Source: Octopus sinensis (taxonomy: Eukaryota). Taken from it: a stretch of 59,726 nucleotides of DNA. Where the stretch lies: positions 1-59,726 of the forward strand of contig NW_021832567.1 of NCBI RefSeq assembly GCF_006345805.1, given 5' to 3'. This document shows positions 50,951 to 59,726 of this stretch, one piece after another (the first letter of the stretch is position 1; each line of letters opens with the position of its first letter). Both the position numbers and the translations under genes were made by a program. Under the pieces are notes generated by a model that ran no database searches, was not told the origin of the DNA, and worked only from the letters and a program-made list of their open reading frames with translations.

Positions 50951-51659
50951 AGTAAGCAGAGTACAAAGTGGACCAAAAATATGAAGTGTTCTGGTTTGGA
51001 GAAATTGATGTGTGAGGTGTGTGTGTGTGTGTGCAGACGGATAATGACTGACTTGCATTCAGTGATTCTGAAAGGAAAGAGCCCTGGAAGTGCATGAACT
51101 TGGATTCTTCACCTTCTACATCTTGTCCTCCGACTCAACTTGCACAACGACAGCACCGTACCTACCCCCTACTGTCTGGAACACTACCCCTTCTGCTGCT
51201 GTCCGTAATGCCTCCTCCACGGTTTCCACTTTTCCTTTACCTGTCGCAAACACCCTACACGTTACCGCTCTCCCTTTAAAACAGCCCATCGCCCCCCACC
51301 CCACCCCGGCAGAGACAACCCCACGCTCCGCCCACCTTCCTCACCCATCCCCAAGACCTCTGGCAACTTAGCAAGGTTAACCTCTCCGCCTGTTGGCCTC
51401 ACCACTCCTGCACAACTCATTCCTCCGTTCAACGCCACATCCAGTCCGTCGACCGGTCTCACCAGCTCCTCCTCCTCCGAAGTCGACAGGTCCGACTCAC
51501 CGAGGCCAGAACACCCGCTCCTCCCTGCCATCTCTCGAACCACACCACCGCTGCGAACAGCAAAAATCCAAAACAATTACAAAATACAAATCTAACCCCG
51601 AAACATTCAACCCACACAGACGCAAAAACGCGAAGCATGAGACTCGTCGTGCTAACATT

Positions 51660-52280
51660 ACTTATTTCTTTACTACCCACAAGGGGCTAAACACAGACAA
51701 GGACAGACAAACGGATTTAAGTCGATTGCATCTACCCCAGTGCGTAACTGGTACTTATTTAAACGACACTGAAAGGATGAAAGGCAAAATCGACCCTGGC
51801 GGAATTTGTACCCAGAACATAAAGACAGACGAAATACCTATTTCTTTACTACCCACAAGGGGCTAAACACAGACAAACGGGTTTAAGTCGATTGCATCTA
51901 CCCCAGTGCGTAACTGGTACTTATTTAATCGACCCCGAAATGAGGAAAGGCAAAGTCGATCTCGGCGGAATTTGAAATGAGAACGTAACCGCAGACGAAA
52001 TACCTATTTCTTTACTACCCACAAGGGGCCAAACGGATTAAGTCGATTATATCGATCCCAGTGCGTAACTGGTACTACTTAATTTATCGACCCCGAAAGG
52101 ATGAAAGGCAAAGTCGATCTCGGCGGAATTTGAAATGAGAACGTAACCGCAGACGAAATACCGCAAAGCATTTCGCCCGGCGCGCTAACGTTTCTGCTGC
52201 CAACTCGCCGCCTGGCGCTCTAACGTTTCTGCCATCTCGCCGCCTTGGCGCTCTAACGTTTCTGCCAGCTTGCAGCCCTT
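51660..52280 (-). repeat. Multimeric family-2 SINE array (shorter paralog at ~57170-57560)
   Basis: Three units with the same mid-head junction, and a tandemly repeated head fragment at 52160-52270. Confidence 0.85.
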
Positions 52281-52329
52281 ACTCAGGTATAAATATTCAC
52301 ACATAAACACATATAAATATGATCAGATG

Positions 52330-52576
52330 CAATAAACTAAAATATATTAGGGATTCAAGAAGAGTTGTCTGTCCTACAAATTACAGGCAGGAGACACGCA
52401 TGCGCATGAAACGTATTTCCTATCTCGTGTCCGTTGTGAATGCTTTGTGCGTGAATTTCTTTTTGTCAGCTTTTAATACGTTTTATAATAATTATAAAAC
52501 TTATTTGTAATTTATTTCTCAACTCTCAGATACACACATATAACAACGCTATCCTTTATGAAGCATTTCCGTAAGT
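52330..52576 (+). promoter_or_regulatory. ZNF-6 promoter/non-coding exon 1
   Basis: CGCATGCGCA at 52397-52406; donor at 52571; acceptor at 53939. Confidence 0.7.
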
Positions 52577-52799
52577 ATTAAACAATGAACATATTCAAGG
52601 GTTTTAATCCTGTCGACGTTCGGTTTTTCACACCTCTATTCTTAGAATCTCAACGGATTCCCATGTTTGCGATGACGGAGATTCCGAATATGCAAAAAAC
52701 GGAAAGACTTCCTTTTGTACCCCGAATCCCACTTTGTTTTTTGCTTTTTTTTTCTTCTCATTTTATATTTTTTACAGACACCCCAGTTTTCGGGTGCGG

Positions 52800-52801
52800 A
52801 G

Positions 52802-52832
<31 letters not shown>

Positions 52833-53290
52833 AATTATTGTATACAGTGCTCAGGTGCACCACAACTTGTCAGAAAGTGCATATAAATTACATGCAGTAA
52901 TGTAGAAATGTCTGGAAAGCGAACAATGTATGAGTCAGATACATGCTTGTGTGTGTATGGAGGGGAGAAAATCAGGTGTACTGTTGGTGAATCTCAGGAA
53001 GCATGGAAGTTTTGAAGGATGCAGTGCTCCGACAACTAACAACTGACGCAGGCAGTTTGTTCCATGCTTCAGCAACTCTCAGCGTAAAAAAATGTTTCCT
53101 GAAGTCATGGGAGCTGTGCTGTTTTCTTACTTTGTAAATATGTCCACGTGTGTTAAATGGGTGGAGTTTGAAAAGGTGCTCAGAGTTATTGTTTGTACGA
53201 TGGTTGATAATTTTATGGGTGTCTGCCAAGTCAGCTGTCAGACGTCTGAAAAAGAATTGGCATTTCAAACGTTTAAACAACACTTTCAAA
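52800..53290 (-). mobile_element. CR1-type LINE 3' end, second family, (ATT)n tail
   Basis: RRLTADL..THKII...NTRGHIYKVRKQHS..FRKHFFTLRVAEAWNKLP; a tail-only copy lies at ~38800-38970. Confidence 0.88.
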
Positions 53291-53419
53291 TTATCTTTCT
53301 GGACAAAGGCTAATGTTAGTGTCCCCTATTCTGTGGTTTTATTTTCAAACTGTTACACAATGTGGAGGGGTCAGTGTAGTTTACAAATATGTCAGCTTCA
53401 CACAAGATTCTGTGGAGTA

Positions 53420-53870
53420 AATTTTGATGTCCATTGTCTATGTTGGCATGGTTGGATGGTTTGAGCAGGGCTGGGAAGCTGCAACAGACTCCAGTTTGAT
53501 TCCTCATCGTTTCTACAGTTGGATGCCCTTCCCAGTGCCAACCCCTTCGCAGTGCACAGGGTGCTTTATATGGTACTGCACAGGCACTTTTAAATGGCAC
53601 TGCCTGTCCGCTTTTATGAGGAACAATCACAATTGCTTTTCGTCACCAGAGGGATGAGTGTACTTCTGCTGTGGAGTACGGGTCTTCTTGAGTACAGCAA
53701 GGTGCCAGACATCTCGATCTTTGTCATATCACCTGAAACTTTCAGCATCTTAAGTTCGTTTATCAGCCTTCCACCCATGTCTCCTGGGTGTCCCACTTCC
53801 ACGTGTTCCCTCTACCTTGAGGGATCAGCACTTCCTTAGGGAGCTGTTGGCATCGAGCTTAATTGATCTC
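53420..53870 (-). mobile_element. Old RTE 3' end (RT tail + UTR); paralog at ~58580-59035
   Basis: KVEGTRGSG..W..LINELKMLKVSGDMTK aligns with GTRGRGRPRKTWDEVVKHDLRTLGLTEEMT; the UTR has the GGATGCCCTTCC..GCCAACC motif. Confidence 0.7.
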
Positions 53871-54121
53871 ATTAGAAATGAATTTGTATTTTTTAAGTAA
53901 CCACAATATCTTACACTGTTGTTTCTCTATAATTTCAGAACATCAGACAACATTGACATAACAGAAGAAACATCCTCAACATCTACCACGTTTCAAAGAC
54001 TAAAAGAAAATATTGTACAAAACAGATGTATCAGATTGTGTTTTACAAATCTGTGGAAGAATTCTTGTGAAACAATTCCTCAGAAGAAAAATATATAAAC
54101 TGATATTTGAGAGGAAAAATA

Positions 54122-55441
54122 ATGGAAAAGGGTGAGAAAAGTGTAGAATTGATTTCCCCAGAACCCATGACAAAAGAGATGAGTTCATACGATTGTGATA
54201 TCTGTAGAAAGTCCTTCCTTCAAAAATGTGACCTAACTATGCACAAACGTATTCATAGAGGAGAGAAACCCTATCCTTGTGACATTTGTAGTAAATCGTT
54301 CTCTTGCAGTAGTAAGTTATCTCTACACCAACATATTCATACAGAAGAGAAACCCTATCAGTGTGATGTCTGTGATAAATCATTCTCTGATAATGGTGCT
54401 CTAACTAAACACAAACGTATTCATACAGGAGACAAACCTTATCAGTGTGATGTCTGTGGTAAATCATTCTTTAACATTTGCTATGTAACAAAGCACAAAC
54501 GTTCTCATACAGGAGAGAAGCCATATCATTGCGATATCTGTGGTAAATCGTTCTCTCGAAGTAGTTACGTTACTGTGCACAAACGTATTCATACAGGTGA
54601 GAAACCATATCATTGTGATGTCTGTGGTAAATCCTTCTCTCAAAGTATTCACTTAACTGGACACAAACGTATTCATGCAGGTGAGAAACCTTATCATTGT
54701 GACATCTGTGGTAAATCCTTCTCTCAAAGTATTCACTTATCTACACACATACGTATTCACACGGGAGTGAAGCCATATACTTGTGATATCTGTGGTAAAT
54801 CATTCCCTGAAAATAGTAAATTAACAAGACACATACGAATTCATACAGGAGAGACACCATATCACTGTGATATCTGTGGTAAATCATTCTCTAATAATAA
54901 TGCCTTAATATCTCACAGACGTATTCATACTGGAGAGAAGCCATACCATTGTGATATTTGTGGTAAATCATTCTCTCAAAGTAACACCTTAAAGGGACAC
55001 AGACGTATTCATTCAGGAGAGAAGCCATATCAGTGTGATGTCTGTGGTAAAACATTCTCTCTAAATGGTGACTTAGAAAAACACAAACCTATTCATACAG
55101 CAGAGAATCCGTATCACTGTGATATTTGTGGTAAATCATTCTCTGGCAATTGTGCCTTAGTAGCACACAAACGTATTCATACAGGAGAAAGACCATATCA
55201 TTGTGATATCTGTGGTAAATCATTCTCTCAAAGTTATCAGTTAACTGTACACAGACGTATTCATACAGGGGAGAAGCCATACCTTTGTGATATTTGTGGT
55301 AAATCATTCTCTCAAAGTAACTCCTTAAAGGTACACAAAAGTATTCATGCAGAGGAGAAACCATATGACTGTGATGTCTGTGGTAAATCATTCTCTCTAA
55401 ATGGTGACTTAACAAAACACAAACCTATTCATTCACTGTGA
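54122..55441 (+). CDS. Poly-C2H2 ZNF-6 (439 aa, 15 fingers)
   Basis: ATG at 54122; terminated by a 17-nt linker deletion giving HSL*. Confidence 0.92.
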   Translation: MEKGEKSVELISPEPMTKEMSSYDCDICRKSFLQKCDLTMHKRIHRGEKPYPCDICSKSFSCSSKLSLHQHIHTEEKPYQCDVCDKSFSDNGALTKHKRIHTGDKPYQCDVCGKSFFNICYVTKHKRSHTGEKPYHCDICGKSFSRSSYVTVHKRIHTGEKPYHCDVCGKSFSQSIHLTGHKRIHAGEKPYHCDICGKSFSQSIHLSTHIRIHTGVKPYTCDICGKSFPENSKLTRHIRIHTGETPYHCDICGKSFSNNNALISHRRIHTGEKPYHCDICGKSFSQSNTLKGHRRIHSGEKPYQCDVCGKTFSLNGDLEKHKPIHTAENPYHCDICGKSFSGNCALVAHKRIHTGERPYHCDICGKSFSQSYQLTVHRRIHTGEKPYLCDICGKSFSQSNSLKVHKSIHAEEKPYDCDVCGKSFSLNGDLTKHKPIHSL

Positions 55442-55849
55442 TATTTGTGGTAAGCCATTCTCTGGCAATTGTGCCTTAGTAGCACACAAACGTATCATAC
55501 AGGAGAGAGACCATATCATTGTAATATCTGTGGTGAATCGTTCTCTCATAATAGTATCTTAACTGCGCACAAACGTATTCATACAGGGGAGAAGCCATAC
55601 CATTGTGATATTTGTGGTAAACCATGCTCTAATAATAGTGCTTTAACATCACACAGACGTATTCATACTGGAGAGAGACCATATCATTGTAATATCTGTG
55701 GTGAATCATTCTCTCATAATAGTATCTTAACTGCGCACAAACGTATTCATACAGGAGAGAAGCCATATCATTGTAATATCTGTGGTAAATTCTTCTATCA
55801 ATATAGTAAGTTAACAAAACACAAACATATTCATAGTAGGGAGAAATGA
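55434..55849 (+). pseudogene. Five disconnected C-terminal fingers of ZNF-6
   Basis: Finger 16 is in a shifted frame; a 1-nt deletion near 55492 returns to the original frame for four fingers ending HSREK*. Confidence 0.8.
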
Positions 55850-56329
55850 AAAGGGTAGATTCTCTTTTCTTATTTGCTTTATATGTTTACTATTCCTGTG
55901 TGTCATGCAATGGAAATTATGACTGAAGTACTTCCAAAAATTTTAGATTTTTAAAATTTTGTTTTTGCTCTTTTGAACTGTTGCTTCCTTGACCATTCAT
56001 TCATTCCCTTTCCGTGGTGTAAGGACCTCCATACCAAAACTCGTTGTCTTCCTGGCAACCCTACACATTGTTCTTTATTATATACTGCATTCCCAAATTT
56101 CTGTGAATTTATTGCTTATAATCTTTTAAAAGCTTCATCCATTAAATCCACAGACGTATCATTTCTCTCTTGTCCTGTCTTCTCGGAGATGTTTATACAA
56201 TGGACAACATAGCTAATCCCTGTCTTTATGTATCAACGACTTGAAATAGTTCTTTTGCTGATAATCTAAATAAAAGCCAGTTCACCTTTGATGTATTTCT
56301 TGTCTTTTATTCAATGGATGTTTGTCAAA

Positions 56330-56900
56330 CAGAGAGCATCCTGGCAGTATCCTTCTTCACCTAGGTTTAACCACAGTCTCCAGCAGCTTCATGGAGCCTC
56401 ATGCAAGGTTGGGGTGGGAATGACATCACTCACTGAAGATTCACCCAGAGATGAGTCTTCTGTAGTCCTTCCTGCTGGTCATGACTTTGTAGTCTCTGTT
56501 GCTGTTGTCTATGTCACGTGTTGGATCTTTTACAGTGTTCAGAAAACATTGAGCAACAGTCATAAACACATCTGAGACTGTCACCTTCTATCATTCCAGG
56601 AAGCCAGTAGCCTTCCTGACGACAACCAGGATGGCTTTTCCTGTGCATGAATTTCGATTCATCAACTTCTGCATCTTGTCCTCCAAGTTGCACAGGAGTG
56701 TACTAATATTTCGAAGTAATTATACCAATTAATAATTGCTTCTGTTCTAATTCCAATTTGTCTCATTACAACACACTTTTGCAGTCCATTTCGGTCCAGT
56801 AACAAATCGACTTTGTAAGGCGAGTCAATGGTAGACGGACACCTGGGAAAAATGGAATCCTCTCGAATGGTCAGATGTCAGTTGTAAATTGAATCCTCCG
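56330..56900 (-). pseudogene. Degenerate Merlin (IS1016/ISXO2-like) transposase
   Basis: TIREDSIF..LPL...YW, QIGIRTEAIINWYNYF, LGGQDAEVDESKFMHRK..EGYWLPGMIE, DC..NLGEEGY, all typical Merlin DDE motifs; none is in the ORF track. Confidence 0.8.
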
Positions 56901-57614
56901 CATTCGTCCTTCAGCTATTGTATGCCGTTGTGAAAGGAATATCAACGCCTTCCAACACTCAGAAGGATTGTAGACGTCAGGTAATGGATTGTTGAACTCA
57001 TGTCTTTCGTTGTGACTTCAATGTTATGCAGAATGCGAACCCCTTTGAGTCAAGTCGTTAACGTCAATGACCGTTTCAACAACCCGGTATCGTCCCACCT
57101 TTCTGGAACCTAATGCTAGCCTTTGATATCAGTGTGAAGTTTCTTAATACTAGCGATAACAGAATCTCAAACAAGGACAGACAAACGGATTAAGTCGATT
57201 ACATCGACCACAGTGCGTAACTGGTACTTATTTAATCGACCCCGAAATGAGGAAAGGCAAAGTCGATCTCGGCGGAATTTGAAATGAGAACGTAACCGCA
57301 GACGAAATACCTATTTCTTTACTACCCACAAGGGGACAAACAAGGACAGACAAACGGATTAAGCCGATTATATCGCCCCAGTGCGTAACTGGTACTTAAT
57401 TTATCGACCCCGAAAGGATGAAAGGCAAAGTCGACCTCGGCGGAATTTGAACTCAGGACGTAGCGGCAGACGAAATACCGCAAAGCATTTCGCCCGGCGC
57501 GCTAACGTTTCTGCTGCCAACTCGCCGCCTTGGCGCTCTAACGTTTCTGCCAGCTTGCAGCCCTTACTCAGGTATAAATATTCACACATAAACACATATA
57601 AATATGATCAGGTG

Positions 57615-57860
57615 CAATAAACTAAAATATATAGGGATTCAAGAAGAGTTGTCTGTCCTACAAATTACAGGCAGGAGACACGCATGCGCATGAAACGTAT
57701 TTCCTATCTCGTGTCCGTTGTGAATGCTTTGTGCGTGAATTTCTTTTTGTCAGCTTTTAATACGTTTTATAATTATTATAAAACGTATTTGTAATTTATT
57801 TCTCAACTCTCAGATACACACATATAACAACGCTATCCTTTATGAAGCATTTCCGTAAGT
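57615..57860 (+). promoter_or_regulatory. ZNF-7 promoter/non-coding exon 1
   Basis: CGCATGCGCA at 57681-57690; donor at 57855; acceptor at 59101. Confidence 0.7.
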
Positions 57861-59265
57861 ATTAAACAATGAACATATTCAAAGGTTTTAATCCTGTAGA
57901 CGTTCGGTTTTTCACACCTCTATTCTTAGAATCTCTTCTATGTTTTATGAACGAGAGATGTCCTTCATTTGTGCTGGACTCGCCTGCTATTTCTAGCTAT
58001 GGAAGGCAGATGCTCTTGATTTGTGCGGAACACCTCATACATATGAGTTGGATGTTACCCGATTCGAGGGGGATTTTTCTAAATTATCTTCACGGTTCAT
58101 TTGAAAATGATGGGAGGTGGGGAAGCCTTTTATGAAAAGTCACGAATATCTGATTCCGCCCGCTTTTACAACACCGAACACTATTAGAATCCTGGCGCAC
58201 AGTCACCCCACCTCCAAACAGACGTTTCTATTTTATTTATTTCTTTTCAACGGATTCCCATGTTTTCGATGACGGAAATTCCGAATATGCAAAAAAAGGA
58301 AAGACTTCCTTTTGTACCCCGAATACCACTTCGGTTTTTGCTTTTTTTTTTCTCATTTTATATTTTTTACAGACACCCCAGTTTTCGGGTGCGGAGATAA
58401 CGAATCTGAAAAAGAATTGGCATTTCAAACGTTTAAACAACAATGTCAAATTATATTTCTGGACAAAGGCTAATGTTTGTGTCCCCTATTCTGTGGTTTT
58501 ATTTTCAAACTGTTACACAATGTGGAGGGGTCAGTGTAGTTTACAAATATGTCAGCTTCACACAAGATTCTGTGGAGTAAATTTTGATGTCCATTGTCTA
58601 TGTTGGCATGGTTGGATGGTTTGAGCAGGGCTGGGAAGCTGCAACAGACTCCAGTTTGATTCCTCATCGTTTCTACAGTTGGATGCCCTTCCCAGTGCCA
58701 ACCCCTTCGCAGTGCACAGGGTGCTTTATATGGTACTGCACAGGCACTTTTAAATGGCACTGCCTGTCCGCTTTTATGAGGAACAATCACAATTGCTTTT
58801 CGTCACCAGAGGGATGAGTGTACTTCTGCTGTGGAGTACGGGTCTTCTTGAGTACAGCAAGGTGCCAGACATCTCGATCTTTGTCATATCACCTGAAACT
58901 TTCAGCATCTTAAGTTCGTTTATCAGCCCTTCCACCCATGTCTCCTTGGGTGTCCCACTTCCACGTGTTCCCTCTACCTTGAGGGATCAGCACTTCCTTA
59001 GGGAGCTGTTGGCATCGAGCTTAATTGATCTCATTAGAAATGAATTTGTATTTTTTAAGTAACCACAATATCTTACACTGTTGTTTCTCTATAATTTCAG
59101 AACATCAGACAACATTGACATAACAGAAGAAACATCCTCAACATCTACCACGTTTCAAAGACTAAAAGAAAATATTGTACAAAACAGATGTATCAGATTG
59201 TGTTTTACAAATCTGTGGAAGAATTCTTGTGAAACAATTCCTCAGAAGAAAAATATATAAACTGA

Positions 59266-59726
<461 letters not shown>

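Overview
AT-rich, microsatellite- and transposon-dense animal DNA, most likely octopus or another coleoid cephalopod. This is an inference from the tandem [10 protein letters not shown]-type C2H2 arrays and the SINE/RTE content. The left end holds the first two coding exons of a minus-strand D-aspartate/D-amino-acid oxidase gene. The rest is a plus-strand tandem cluster of seven poly-C2H2 zinc-finger genes; the last runs off the window, and several have frameshifts near the 3' end. Each unit has the same plan: a CGCATGCGCA (NRF1/EWG-like) module, a non-coding exon ending CC|GTAAGT, a 1.2-2.2 kb intron, a conserved TTTCAG|AACATCAG acceptor, and a single-exon CDS with only a 23-aa leader before the fingers. 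Spacers hold RTE and CR1 LINE pieces, three tRNA-SINE families, MITEs, and remnants of hAT, Merlin, Helitron, Gypsy and Penelope-like elements. Highlights: (1) type I hammerhead ribozyme motifs, two of them sense-oriented downstream of ZNF genes that have lost the paralogous ATTAAA signal; (2) a full-length 5S rRNA copy fused to a SINE-type tail; (3) an inverted ZNF-type promoter module inside the oxidase intron; (4) a PHD-like finger inside the RTE reverse transcriptase; (5) a possible SUMO-interacting leader on the ZNF proteins. All calls were made by eye without database searches. Repeat boundaries are approximate unless TSDs or splice sites are quoted.
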